From Octopus sinensis (taxonomy: Eukaryota), in the NCBI RefSeq assembly GCF_006345805.1, contig NC_043000.1, positions 61,380,001 to 61,444,000 on the forward strand: a DNA stretch of 64,000 nt, given 5' to 3'. Under the pieces are notes generated by a model. It was not told the origin of the DNA, did no database searches, and worked only from the letters and a program-made list of their open reading frames with translations. The stretch's first letter is position 1; every line of letters starts with the position of its first letter. The position numbers were made by a program, and so were the translations under genes. Positions 1 through 14,051 of this stretch are shown here, one piece after another.

Positions 1-214
1 TGGCTATATTGCTCTTCTGAACAGAGATATTCTTGAGGAGTCACGAAATTACAAGAGATTTCGGAACTATTTCATTCGTTCTTCCGAGAACTAAGAGAAT
101 TAGATCCATTCACATCTGTTTCTAATATTGCTATGAAAGATTTAAAATACGTAGTTGAAGCAGTTAAATTTATTTCTTAGGCTTTCTAATACACGCTATA
201 TTCAGCACGATTAG

Positions 215-216
215 TT

Positions 217-283
<67 letters not shown>
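215..283. repeat. (TTTC)n microsatellite
   Basis: Uninterrupted tetranucleotide run read directly. Confidence 0.95.
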
Positions 284-564
284 ATGTATGCTCACATATA
301 CGTAACTTAAATGTAGCATGTATCAATGAAAAGCAAATTGCCCTGATGCACCCACTCTCTTTGCAATATATTTTGCTGTTGCGTTGTCACATACTTTTCA
401 AAAAAAATGAGGAGGGTATCTACATAAAATATCGAACAGCAAATGTTTTTAATCTGACCAGACTGAAATTCAAAACGAATGCTTCTACTTCAGTCGAGGT
501 AACTTTTTGTACGCTGACGATTGCAATCTTGTCAGTCATTCTGAAACAGGTCTGCAATCTCTTG

Positions 565-845
565 TATCTGCATTTGACTCGCTGGTGATGAGTTTGGCTT
601 GACCATTAAGTTGAAAAAAAAGTGCATCAACCTGCGTGTGATGCTGTTTGTAACCCTGCTAAAATTTTTATTAAGGGAACGTTACATGAGGTTGTTGATT
701 CGTTCGTCTACCTTGGAAGCTTTGTTCAAAATGATAGAAATCTTGATGCAGAAATACCAATCCGAGTTCAAAGGGCAACAAAAGCATTTGGTGGCTTGGA
801 GTCACGTGTTTGGTGCCAGTGACATATAAATAAGAATTCAAAGCT
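565..845 (+). mobile_element. RTE-clade LINE, post-RT-core fragment (degenerate)
   Basis: Reads ...EFGLTIKLKK / HQPA...IFIKGTLHEVVDSFVYLGSFVQNDRNLDAEIPIRVQRATKAFGGLESRVW, matching the RTE motif F.YLGS....D.EI..RI.KA..AFG.L..RVW; frameshifted. Confidence 0.85.
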
Positions 846-849
846 GCTC

Positions 850-1360
850 AGCCGGTAAGGTAAGATTGCCAGCACTACCAGCTTCTCCTCAACCACTTAT
901 AGATCTTCTGGAAAGCACTTCTGTCAAGTCAAAGGATTTTCAGGACAATATCAGATAATACAACTCTGCATTTCAAATGACATCGTTTGGTACATCTAAG
1001 GAGATAGTTGAACATGGATTTACGCCAACGTTCAAAGTTCAAGGCCAAGCCTATCACCTCATTGCTTTCCTGTCACCCACAAATCAACAACTACACTTCC
1101 TTCAAATTTACTTCGTGAGTGATGTAGAATAACAAACCCGAAGGAGGCATCAAAACTTCAGACGATGGCTCGTGTTTGACGCAGCTCCAACTACCGCAAA
1201 GGAGAGTATATATCCACTGACAGCTTTTCGGTAACTTTCAAAAATCACATAACCGCCACCCCCAATTTCCATGATAGATTAGGGTCAGGAATACTCAAAA
1301 CATAGGCATGACATGTCGTTAATGCTACACTTTTCCATATCACCTGTTTCAACATAACTG

Positions 1361-1395
<35 letters not shown>

Positions 1396-1430
1396 AACTA
1401 TACCATTTTAATCCCGCGTATCTCTGCCAG
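850..1430 (+). mobile_element. Helitron, internally deleted copy (RepHel N-terminal region joined to 3' end)
   Basis: 850-1150 reads AGKVRLPALPASPQPLIDLL...DNIR*YNSAFQMTSFG...GFTPTFKVQGQAYH...FLQIYF, typical of Helitron RepHel N-termini. 1255-1430 aligns by eye with the 3' end of the Helitron at 57447-57640. Confidence 0.85.
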
Positions 1431-3395
1431 TTTTATATATTAAAAACTACATTGTCTAATGCCTCTTTCGTTTTTAAGATGGCAGAGCGTCATTTGAGAA
1501 AAAATATTGATTACTCTTTCGAGGAGGTTGAGTGACATCGTAAAACCTAACCTTTCAACCCATTGGCTCTATTATTGCTGTATTGGTATGTTAAAGCTAG
1601 CTCCACGACACATGCTTGTAAATACAAAAACGCATTAACTCTAATAACCACCATCAAAAAATAACTGTAAAACTAAACAAAACTTTGCCGCTAAAGCAGC
1701 AGAAATAGTAGCAATATCTACAGGAACAACAATCCATGTAGATACAACAGTTATTGCCGCTTTGAATTATTTAGTAATGTTCCACTTAAATATATTGCTT
1801 CCGTTCTGGCAGTTGCTTTTTCTTGCTACAAATCATTTCAGATCTACCAGACCTAAAAGAAAACAAAAAACACAACGAAACAAAAAGAAAAACAAAACAA
1901 AACAGAAGCAAAAAACCCCCAGAAAACCAGCTTGTTTTTCTTCTAAATACTGGCAAAGTTTGTTTTTCACATAATTTTCGATGATGTGTGCACGCTGCTA
2001 AACTGGACACTACTGATGACAGCCATCTTATATCTAAGCAAAATAATAGATGTATTCCAATATTTTCTAGCGCTAAAGCTTCCTGCATGTGTAATGTGTT
2101 ACTGCGTGTCTCGCGTTTTTTCAGCTATAAAAGTATTTGGCATAATTTGAATCATGAGATAGTATATTGGTCCAAGTATATTAATGTTCGCGTCTAAAAA
2201 AGAATCAACAATACACATGATTATTGACATGGTATGAATATTTTAGTTTGAAAAATATTATGATTAATCATCTACACAGAGGACTATGACCTTTACTTTT
2301 TAATATTTCATTCACAGAAAAAAATCATAAACGAATGCCACCTCACTTGTGGTCTTCGTTTATAACCTTGCGGAAACTCAGCGAAGATATTTCACAATAC
2401 CTCTGTAAATATCTGAAAATATATCTGTTTTCTGTGATATCCTAAAGAAATACTGATGGATAGTACAAAGTATATCGTTTTTGCAGTTTGCATTTAAAAG
2501 ACAGATAATGTTTTATTTACCAACTTTGCTATGCTATTTTAGCATTTTCGATAATGTTTTTATACTACGTAATAACACACATTAATTTATTGTTCTATAA
2601 TCACCACTAACAAATTATGTCAACAAATACTTGATTTTTTTTATTTGCTAGCATCATACATCTGGAATGATGCCTGTCAACACCTAAAATGCTGTTTAAT
2701 TGTAAGTGTTATGCTTTTTGTAGTATATGATCATTTTCAGATTCATGTTTTTTATACATTAGCAAAGTTAAACATCAGCTATTTCATAGCATATGTTGAT
2801 ATAACAGATCATATATTACATGACATGTTTATTAACTCTAACCATTTCTCCTTTCGTATACACGTGGTCATAAGTGTAGTAATAAAGTTCTCAAATGAAG
2901 TTCTCTAAGATTACTACAATTAACTTCATCGCAGAGTCCTAGTTAAAAATTGCCGTTAGTTTATTTCAAATTCTAGAATATTCGATTTTTTCATATAGAA
3001 AATTGAAGCAATATTCTATAATGCTGATCTGTAGATGTCCGCATCGAAACATAATACATTCCTATACTTCTACTAGAATGTTTCTATGGCCAGTGTCCAC
3101 ATATAGGCTCTATAGCAATATTAGTACTGTATAAATAGCAAATGACGGAACGTTTTCCCTTGTAAACTTAACATCTGCGAAACAACTCTCAATAGCGTCA
3201 CTGTGGGAAGGGCAATTTATGTAACCTGCAAGACTATAAACCACAACGAGCATTGGCCATTAAGTGCCTCTGACTCTCGAAAGATATAATTAGTATGAAG
3301 ATTGATATAGTGTTCAGTAGTAGAACAGTAAAGAATTTGTACTTAAATTGCGAACGAGTGGGAAAGAAAGCGAATGTTTGTTATTAGCATAGAAT

Positions 3396-3581
3396 AAGGT
3401 GGTGAGCTTGCAGAATTGTTAGCACGCCGAAAAAATGCTTAGCGCTCAAATTCTACCAAGGTCGGCTTTGCCTTTCCTCATTTTCACCCCGACAAAATAA
3501 ATACCTGTCAAGTACTGGGGTCGATGTAATCGAATTACCCATCCCTCAAAAATTGCTAGCCCTGTTTCAAATATGAAACCA
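3396..3581 (+). mobile_element. tRNA-headed SINE, family B (central ..ataaataCC..actggggtcgatgtaatcga.. domain, Nin-domain-like)
   Basis: Head ggtggtgagcttgcagaattgttagcacgcc, conserved central block, tail ...tgaaacca. Dispersed copies occur across the window; the Nin-like label is from memory. Confidence 0.8.
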
Positions 3582-3799
3582 TGTCTAGCATAGAGTACAA
3601 TTCAATATACTTCGAATTCAGTTATAATTTATGGGATAGTTGACATCTGCGTTCAAGCTAAAAGAGTGAGAAGTTTGGGTTCTGTGTAGACATTTCATAC
3701 AGACGTCCAATTATTTTAATTTATCATTGCTGTAGGGAATTAAAATAAAAGAACAATATATGGATTCTAAATTGTCTTTTCTTCAATGGGAGAGCTCCG

Positions 3800-4130
3800 T
3801 TGATTTGTGACCTAAATCATGATTTAGGAAAAGGATGAAAATTTGTATCCAATTCAAATGAGAGAGCTTAAAACAGTTCGACTATCGGAGGAGCAGGCAT
3901 GATTTCCAGTTCAAAGAAACATAAGGAATCTTTGCTCTATGTTGAGTTTATAACTCCAAGAATAATGATAGCAACTTTCAATGGAAATCCAAAGCTAACC
4001 ATAATCTATTGCTACAGTGTACAAATCTTGCAGATTTAGAGATTCTACTATGAACTTTCAGGTTTGATGCTTGAAGTTCCAAAATATAATCAATCTCTCA
4101 TTGCAGGAGATTTTAATGCAAAGGTATTTT
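3800..4130 (+). mobile_element. LINE apurinic-type (APE) endonuclease fragment, probably RTE-like
   Basis: Reads GGAGMI...VEFITPRIMIATFNGNPKLTIIYCYS...VPKYNQSLIAGDFNAKV; GDFNA is the APE catalytic motif. Stops and frameshifts present. Confidence 0.8.
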
Positions 4131-4518
4131 GTCAAATCATCCAGTGCATCCTTCATGCATGCTTTACATATGTCTGTTGACATACGATCCAATCTTGTAG
4201 CATAGATTGAGTCGAATTGAATGCAGCTTTCAACTCCTGCATTCTAAAATTTCCAGCATCAGTAAGCAGTGAGTCAAATACCTTGTAAATATTTTGCCTT
4301 CAACTATCAATGGTGATTGTCCAAGTAACTTAGCAAGAAATAGCAGCTAAATCTTTCCTTTTCTGAGTGAAATAAGCTGTTTACGCGTGATTTCGATGTC
4401 ACATTTGACATCCCGGAAAGAAAAAAAACCCACGAAACAAAACACTCAGACCTTCACGGTGGCCCAACAGGTTACGGGTAGTCCAGTACATACATACATA
4501 CATACATACATACATACA

Positions 4519-4576
<58 letters not shown>

Positions 4577-7114
4577 AACCACTCTTATAATTATAGATTT
4601 GTGAGTAACAAATCCTTCGAAAGGACTCGAAAATATTCTTCTAACTACCTGCATCATATTCTCCATCTATTAAATTAAGCATTTAGCTCCGTATTCTGCA
4701 ATAATTTATCAATTGTGTTGTTTTTTATCTCTATAAAATAATTAAGTTGTTACTTAAAGTTAATGATGAAGCAAACCTATGAAAATTGGTATCGGGGTCA
4801 TCAACATGACATCTATATTCTATATTTTTATATCAAGAACTACATTATATCATATGTTGCTTTTGATTTAAGAAAGCACGGTGTAACTTGAGAAAGATTC
4901 TGCTCCTATTTCTTGCAAATCGAATGGCAGTGAAGAATCTTTATTATTTACTCATAGCATCAATGTTTATGAACTCGATGACATTCTTATATTGGTAAGA
5001 AAATAGATTAATGATGGGGAAATATTACATTTGTAAAAGGTTAGAAATTGTTTCAATAATACATATACATTTAACGTAATTTACATTATCTGATGTGAAG
5101 TAGTATTGTCGTGGAATAGTTTCTCAAACAAGTGTAAGATAATATTAAATCCCATTCAAAGTAATGAATAACATTCGGATTCTGCAATACAGGAATGTAC
5201 TTGTAAAATATCTTTTTCCTAATCTTAATTGCCTGAACGCAAAATAAGCTGATAGAAGCGATACAATGAACTTTAACGGACTTGGAGTAGGTTTGGCGCG
5301 TGTACAGTAAACGAAGGGCCAAGTTGTACAAATGTCTATTCAAGCAGAAATATGTGGGATGCTGCTTCAATTACAGAAAAGTTCAGCTGAAAGTAGTAAG
5401 ATAGATATTAAAGAAATAAGAGTTAACGAATCTCTTTAATATGTTGTCCTGATTAAGAAGACCTATGACCAAAGGTGTTCCACCCGTGACAATCCCTTAC
5501 TTTGGAATATCTAGGATTACACTGTCCGTCTTACCCTTCATAGTAAAACCTGAATAGAAATTTGGCAGCTATATTAGATGGTCTGGTAAGCACATACAAC
5601 TCTATTTTGGCTCGTATTTATATACATATGTATATTTTAGACGGTAAGTTGTTACATTCTGTACGAGTATGAATCATCAGGATAAGATATTCTTTTATAG
5701 CGATTTTGTTTTCGTTGACGAAGAAATGAAAAGTAAATTTTTTTTGGTTTGTAAAGCAATGCAAGAAATAAGTTGCTTCTCTGGATGATTTTATTGGGAA
5801 AATTATATTACCTCATATGATATGCATCACTAAAAATTTAGGGCAGTAGCTGATGACAGATTCGGCAGACTTAAATTACAGCAGACTTAGAAAAGAGTTA
5901 GATTACTGTTGATGCCGATTATGCTGCTTCACTTTCTGAGTTAGAATTCTGGAGTCGATAATATATGTACTTTAAATATGAGGTCGACTTTTAACTACTC
6001 TGCTGTATCACAAAATTTTGAGCTTTAGGTTCTTGTTAGAAAAAAGAAATCGATAATATATATATATGGAAGATAGTATAAACAGCAGTAGAGAATCAAA
6101 TTCACTAATAAACCTCTCGGTTTTATATAAGTACTTTACCAAGAGGGACATTAATCTACATTTCTGCGTGTTTATGAAATAGATACGCTCAACGATCTAG
6201 CACTAAATCTATGAATTTTAACTTTCTGTAATTAGCGGGAAAAAGAAAGGCAACGAACCAAATTGAATATAATCTGCTCATCGTTAGTCTTGGACATTTT
6301 TTGTTCTTTTTTACACATTCTTCGTCGTCTTCATGATGGATTTCAATATTTAAAATAAATCTCAACTCCATTTCGTTCTTTTTCTAGAAAGATGATGTGT
6401 TGAATTGTTGCTGTGAACACACACATGAACCGTCATACAGATACAAACAAACACAAACGCAGGCGCCCACTGCTCGCATCGCGCACACACGCACGCACAC
6501 AAACACACCATTCATCACATACACTTGCCAAAAGACACACACAAACATAATCCAATCATCACACACAAACACACTCAACTATCATACACATAGGCAGTCA
6601 CCACACACATACGGACTTATTAACCATCACAACTATTTTGACCACACACACAAATCAAACTTTTTACGTACGCAGCAACCATAAGTAAGTCAATCTTCAC
6701 ATAAACAGCACCCATCACACACAGCATTCTTACATACACGTACGCGCACATACACGCCCCAGTCATCACGCGGATAATACAAGCAACCAGCCAACTATAT
6801 GCATCCAAATATCTCAACCACCATACATGCATATACTCATACATACAAGTCCCATGAGTCTATAAATCATCGCGAATAGATCATAATCGAATGAAACAAA
6901 ATCGAGATGAGATGCCAGCAAAGACTAAGACTGGAAGTCTTCACTTTGGGACTGAGACCTGGTGTATGGCTTCTCCAAGTTTTTGGGTATAGAAAAGAGG
7001 AGAAAGAGGAATAGGTTGAGACAGAGGCTGTTAGCTGGATTCACAACTATCAAGTAATTGGTTTTATCTGTTTAATAAAGCTGTCGGCATTCATTAATTA
7101 GTGAATCATTATAT

Positions 7115-7269
7115 TCCATTAGATATAGGGTCAGACGTGGTTCTCTGGTAAGATGGTTCTTTCCCAAACATATGGTTTCGGGTTCAGTTTCACTGCGTGG
7201 CGTCCAGGGCAAGTCTTTTCCACTATATCTTTGGATCTTTTAGAGGATTTGGTAGATTGAAACTATGTG

Positions 7270-7270
<1 letters not shown>
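7115..7270 (+). mobile_element. SINE family A, 5' tRNA-like head module (diverged)
   Basis: tggtttcgggttcagtttcactgcgtggcgtccagggcaagtc...gatttggtagattgaaact matches the reverse complement of 14300-14462. Confidence 0.75.
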
Positions 7271-7326
<56 letters not shown>

Positions 7327-7830
7327 CGGGGGAGGGAAAGAACATGAAAAGAGAGAATATAGACAGCTTCTGTAAATGCAGAAATACCAGCCTCTGAGTA
7401 CAACCCCGGTAATCTACTTATAAAAGAGGATCTGCCGATCCACCGCTTCAACCCGAAAATCAACAGTCAATCGCAGTTCAGCCAGTGGCTCCCATGATAG
7501 CATCCAACAGATGGAGAATGGCCTATAACAGTAGCCGAGATTTGTTCACACCAACAATGGAACTTCCCACAATACTTAAAGGACGACCGTGACTACAATT
7601 AACAATATTATACCGTGATACTACAAATGGTGAATAGCTTATAGTAACAGCTGGGTGTTGTTGTCTGTTTACACCAATGCGTGGGACGTCGATTACACCT
7701 ACGTTTGGAGAGCAACTGCTGCTGTTACATAAACGCTGTAAAGTTTGAATGGATTAACGGATCCTACATAACCTTTCTTGGACTGTTTTTTCCTTCTGAA
7801 CAGGAGGGTTCAAAGTACCGGCAACTCGCA

Positions 7831-7964
7831 CAGTCACCCGGGGCGCCATGTAATAGGGGCGCCAAGAAGGGCGCGACAAAGACAAAGAAATTTTCACGAC
7901 CGCCAGCTTGTACACGCCGAAGTTCAGCTTGCCCGGGGTGCCAGCAAACCTAGGGCCGGCTCTG
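7831..7964 (-). mobile_element. Solo end of a hAT-like DNA transposon or MITE
   Basis: GC-rich island whose reverse complement starts cagagccggccctagg, like CAGGGCCGGC-type hAT termini, with subterminal cccggggYgcc motifs. No partner TIR found. Confidence 0.45.
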
Positions 7965-8174
7965 CTCCTGAAGATGGATCTAAGACCGAAATATATTAAG
8001 CTTTTATTAAAATTTCCGCATTGTCAGAAGCTGTCTATTTTCTCTCTTTTCACATCCTTCAATATCACAATGCCTCAAGCGAAATATAACGCTCTTATAC
8101 ATATACACACATAAACACACAAACACACAGAGACACGTGTGTGTGTTTTGTGTATGTGTGTGTGTGTGTTTTGT

Positions 8175-8375
8175 GTGTCTTTGTGTCTGTACCTCACCAC
8201 CATTTTTAGTTTATTTACGCTTCCGTAATCTAACTGTTTGTAGAAAGAGAAAGATAAAATAAGTAGCAGGCTTAAAAATAAGTCCCGAGGTCGATTTGTC
8301 CGAACTAAACTCTTCAAAGAAGCGCTTAATCATGGCCGCTGTCCAATAACCCAAACAAGTAAGGGATAAAAGAGA
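8175..8375 (+). mobile_element. SINE family A, 3' module (diverged)
   Basis: aaataagtcccgaggtcgatttgtc...catggccgctgtccaataacccaaacaagta matches the reverse complement of 14052-14240. Confidence 0.7.
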
Positions 8376-8900
8376 AAGTACAAGAGATATCTGTAATATT
8401 GTTCTGCTTGTCGCGGCGTGTGTATAAGTGTCACACTTTCAGTAACCTTAACTACGGAACGAAATCAAAGACATAATCTAAATCATTGATATGATGAACC
8501 AATTTACAAAGATCTGTAAATAATACATCAAGACAAAAGTAAGTTATTTGTTTTTAAACGTGTAACATTAGTTCGGTATTTTTGTGACAACACCAAGAAA
8601 AGAAAATTTCCGCTTCAACAAAATTTCTACTTTAATACCAATTTCGTTATTTAGCATCTACCTTGTTATTAATTATACTGAGTTTTCGATTCAGAATAAT
8701 TCTCACTGATTTCAGTATTCATAACTACAGTAATATAGCCGACAAAAAAAAAAAAGTAACACAAGGCTTGTTCTCCAAATTAATCTAATGGCGTTTTATG
8801 TGGTAGTTCGATACCGCAGAGACAGATGTCCATGACAACCATTTAACAAAAGACCCATGTGAAATACAAGCGAATAATCAATATATATTCGTGTACATCT

Positions 8901-9101
8901 GGTAGCGGGCTGATAGAATCGTTAGTACGCCAGGAAAAACGCTTAGCAGCATTTCGACCGTCTTTACGGTCTGCGTTAATACTTTGTCGAAGTCAGCTTT
9001 GCTTTCATGTTTTCGGGGCTGATAAAATAAGTAGCAGTTGACAGCTGGTGTCGATGTAATCAACATAACCCTACCATCAAACTGCTTAAATTTGAAACCA
9101 A
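8901..9101 (+). mobile_element. SINE family B copy
   Basis: gatagaatcgttagtacgccagg...gcttagcagcatttcgaccgtctttac...ataaaataagtagcagttg...gtcgatgtaatc...tttgaaacca. Confidence 0.8.
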
Positions 9102-11097
9102 TATATATGTATGTGTTTGTGTGCAATTACATGCACACCCTTGTGCGTAGCACATAATAAAATGCAAAATTTAATGGGTTTATATCGAGATATTTAACAT
9201 AAGCTTATAACATAAAGAATTACAAGGTAGGGAAATATCAAATAGTTTACTGATAAGAACTGTCATTTTTATTTCCGTTCCAAACCGTGGTGCAGACTGA
9301 GGTGAGAGCGAGAGACGAATTAACTCCAGTTATTGTTGGCATCTTATTTTTAGATCTTACGAAGAGAAAAGGATAACTTCGGCGTGATGTGTACTCAATG
9401 TACAGAGAACCGTAACACTATCACAGAACATTCTACCTGATGCCCTAACAACTTCTCCTACACACCGGCCGGTCAGGTAAAATATCTGACAGAAAAAAAT
9501 CAATATCTAGAAATTATTTAAAGTATAATCAGAGAACATGAAATGAAACGCTTTTGAAATATCCGATATTCATTAAATTATATATAGATCTGATTCCCAG
9601 CAGAGGATTTCATTGACTAAGAAGTAAAGAGAATAGCACAGATTGACACTTACTTGAGAAATAGTGTTTGCTTTCTTTTCCATTTTCTATTATGAGATTT
9701 TGAAAATAATAGAGTGTAGAGTGGGGACGATGCCGTTGTAACATTAAGTTGCCATATTAACACAGGTCTAGTCATTAAGTATAAATACAATAATGCGGAC
9801 ATTTGCACTAAATATTACAACGTTCATTAAAGTATTATTGCTAAAGTATCATTGGTTACCGCTAATGCGACGAGTTTTAGAAGAGATGTTTATAAGAGTT
9901 GTAAGGAACTCTTAGATACATCTCTTTAAAGCCTGGAATTATTTCAGAACTTGCTCCTCAGACGAAGAAATATTGATACAAAGCGAACTTATTACAAATA
10001 GAATTACAATATTTCATATCACCCAAATTAAAGTGAACTACGCAATATAACTATATCCACTTCTAATATATACAATGAAACCTATGCAATGGATATGAAA
10101 TCTAGATTTATTACTGGCTTTATCTTTGTCCTATTCATCTAAAGTTCATAGAAGTTAATTTCTTGTTTTAGAACAGTCATCTTTATTATTTAATGTTATT
10201 TGACAAATAGATTGTGATGATACTTCGGTTATAGTGATATCTCAATTCATCAGATTATTTCTTGATATAAACTCATCCAGCAAAGATATTCCTTAAATTT
10301 GTTAAAGAATTTATTCTGCTCTATCGAGTTTGGTTGACAAAATTCCGGTGGTATACATAGCAAAGTAAAATTTAATATTATTGCAGACTATCTCAATATT
10401 TCGATTAGCTGTGTTTGGCATATTAGCCGAGAAGGAACATTATTGATGAGAATCAATTATTTGAAATTTCGCTTTAAAGTGTTTAGATGGGTTTGAAATG
10501 AAAATCGATCTGTTAAACGTCGCTTTGATTATACGGAAATTTTACACAGTCAAATAGTATTTGTTAGCAGTCTATATACTTTTCCTCCCTATCAATTTGT
10601 AAGAATTAAAGAATCACTAATATTAATGTATTGCATCACCCATTGAACATCTTGTTGACAAGGATATTTGCAACCTAAATAAAATCAAAAGACAAACTAT
10701 AGACGTTTCAAAAACTCAACAAAGCTTATATTGTCAGTTGTAACTATTTTATATTACAGACGTCGTTAATTGAAATGGCATGGTATCCTAGCACCTCATT
10801 ATAACGACAAAATGAGCAGAATGTTATAACGTTAATATAAAGACTACTTTCCCTCCTGGATACTGGAAATCTGTTGGTATTATCTGTTAAATATATATTC
10901 GACATATATTAGTTGTTCGATATCTATAAACTATCAAAATGTTTCATACATTCTTCCAACCTCTCTGGATGATACTCTCCACATGTTGCTTGAGCAGGCA
11001 ATATCAACTATAAAAATTGCGAAAGAAGCAATCACTTTTTCTAATGGCTATATAAACACAAAATTCAGCAGTATTCTCGTTGTGTACTGCCTTTTAC

Positions 11098-11206
11098 CAT
11101 TTATGACATAAAATCGATTTGGATTTTCAAAGAAGAGGGCGATGCAGCCCCACGAGAAGTTGAATCCAATATGTTTCTGACCTGATGTCAACATCAAGTG
11201 ATATAT
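11098..11206 (-). CDS. Candidate internal exon of unknown gene (IYHLMLTSGQKHIGFNFSWGCIALFFENPNRFYVIN)
   Basis: Acceptor gttttcttttgcag, donor G|gtaaaa, and only one of three frames open. No family recognised. Confidence 0.3.
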
Positions 11207-14051
11207 CTGCAAAAGAAAACATTTTAATAGCTTATTTGTTTAAACTAAGTCTATTAACCTTTCAACCTGAGATGTCTCCTAGTTGGCTATATTTCCGTTC
11301 GCAGATCGTAGGTGGGTTCTGATTATTTTCTCAGAATGTTTTATATTCTCACAGGGAAACTTTGTAGCGTTTGTATCAGCAGGTAAGTTAAGCTGTTTCT
11401 GTTTAGATGTATAATTATGCTATTTTTGCAGGTTTTCTTTTCAACAAGAGATGTTAAATACATTTTCATAGTGTTAAATCTCGGCAAGGAAGTTTCAACT
11501 GCAAGAATCATGTAAAACAAGCAATTTATTTGTCAAGAACAAGTTAATTGCATTGATAATGAAGATGTCATAACTGAGGACGCATAAAAATGTAAGATAT
11601 TACTGTATAATACATAAACATGTTTCAATAGTGCGTCGTTTACGATGACATGCTTCCTACGGTTTCTTGATTTCTATTTCGTATTTAAATTTTAGCAGTA
11701 AATACAGATGCCATGCATAGTTGTTTATAGTATACATTATTGAGTTTTCTGTTTAACCAGACGACTATAAATTTAATTCAGTTACTACAGCTGTTTTGCT
11801 TTAGCCGTATGCTAAGCATTATTGAGTTGACTTTCCTCATATATATTGAAATATAATTCAAAATATACTAATAAAAATCAATAGCTAATAGTATTTACAC
11901 TTTATATTTAGTTAATAATAATTAGGTAAATATCGGTCACGTATATAATATTCAAATTAGTACAAGAAAAGAAAAACAACTGCCTGTAAAAGATATTTTT
12001 TGTTCGAACTCGGTCTCTAGTAGAAGTAGGGAAATAGAATATGATCAAGTAATGATGCTTTGAAAGTGCCGTATATTTCCTGATTTGATTTTAAACTAAA
12101 CTTTTTAGACTAAGCGATATACTCTAATTACCAGTGCCACTTGTTTGAAAATGTTTAGACATATTTTATGATTCCTGTTGATATTAGTTTATAATTTGAA
12201 TTTTATGATTATATCATGTGTTCTCTATAATTAAACGCCGTCAATCAATATATTCAGTTAAACAAATCTTATAAGAACAAATAACAAAACTCAGTAATCA
12301 TGAGAAAAGCATACAAAACATTCTAATTAAAATTATTTTGACGTTAAAGATGCTGTTTGTAAAACTGACAGAAAGAGTATTCTCATTACGACTGAACTTA
12401 GCACGACCAGTATTAAATTAATCTGATTCTGTATGACAGACGAGAGACTCTTATTCAAATATATGAAATATTGGAAGGTTGTGTTCCACTATGATTTCTG
12501 ATTGGAAATATATGTAAATGTAATTATATAAAGAAGACATTTGCAAGAGACAAGCTGCCAGGAGAAGCGTTTGTCGACGAAAAGGCTGTCAGTAAAAGGA
12601 AATTTTACTGTACACTGCAATAATTGCCATAAAAGACTTTATCCGACAAGACATAAATACATTGGTTGAATATTTAAATAAAACAACAGCAAATAGTAAA
12701 CAAATAAGCAGATTTATGATTAAATTGAATTTCAAGTCATATCACTTTTTATAATGATAGGAATTAAGTCATTTTTTTATTTTTAAATTGAGAGTTTGCT
12801 ACCAGAAAAAAAGCAAGGGAAAACTGATTAATGCATTTTGACTTATAACAATTCTAATTTGAATTTAACTGTTTAATTATTTAATTATATGTTTTAAAGC
12901 ATTGAGTTCAAAAGAGAAAAAAATAGTCGACTTAGAATTCCGTAATTCCAGAGTTGATATGACGAATGCCAGTTTATAATCTTTCCCTCAAAGAATTTGG
13001 CCATGTTAGAAAACATAATGTTGGATTTTTTAATAGTTTGTCATTTTAGAGGACAATAATTTCTATACATATATATATATATAATTCTATATATATATAA
13101 TTTCTATACAAAATAGCAATAAACACAACAAAACATGCTGGGACCCTTGCAAGTTTCGAGCACATCTTTATTCAGCGTCCCCTACTGCTCGATAAAAAAC
13201 GAGCACTAGATGACATTGGGGTTAACACAACAATGTAGACTGTACATGATCATTCGATTCACTAAAATTGTATAATAGTCTTTGTCGAACACACTCTCTG
13301 CTCGTTAAAGTTAATGGACACATTTATTAATATAGTTTTGAATACAGTGTTTAAAGTAAGATGGGATGGTTATGGTTCGAATACCTTTTAAGCTTATTAC
13401 TGTTTGATCAGAGCCAAACAAGGGATAAGCAACAACAACAACGACGACGATGATGAGGTAACAACAACGATAACCAACCAGTTGTAACCAATGATTAAAT
13501 GTATTAGTGATATTCTGCTTATTCAGTTAGATTACACTTGACTTCAGAAACAGAAAAACCAAGATGAATATTTTAAGTAAGATGAAATTATTTCTTCCTT
13601 CATTTGAGAAATTCATCCGAACTAAAGTATTCTGATATATCATTGTGATAGAAACTAATTGTCTAGAGCCACGCTCGTGTGTCTATTCAATAACCACAGA
13701 AAATCCTCCACTATCCCTAGATGACAGGGTCATGTTTTAAAAGACAATGTATTCACCAAGAATATAACAGAAACTACATCCTATGTCTGACCTATTATTA
13801 TATTCGCTGGAGTTGCATTCTGTCACAAATTCAGTATGTACGAAAACGGTTTCTTATTTTAATTAAATTTGCTTAGCCTTGTTGCATAACAGCTACATTG
13901 ATTTCAGGTTTGCAGTATTTTGGGATGAATGCAAGTATTCTTAAAGAAGTATCATTCTATTATCTTGGTACTTGAAGTTATATGAATTTATGTTGTACGT
14001 TTGTATGAGAGCGATGGCAGTAACATATTCTTTTTATTCTTTTCTTTTATT

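Noticed and set aside
11355-11382. 28-nt plus-strand microexon with textbook splice sites
   Set aside because: The flanking introns would be only about 44-49 nt and downstream in-phase frames stop quickly; cannot be supported without RNA data.
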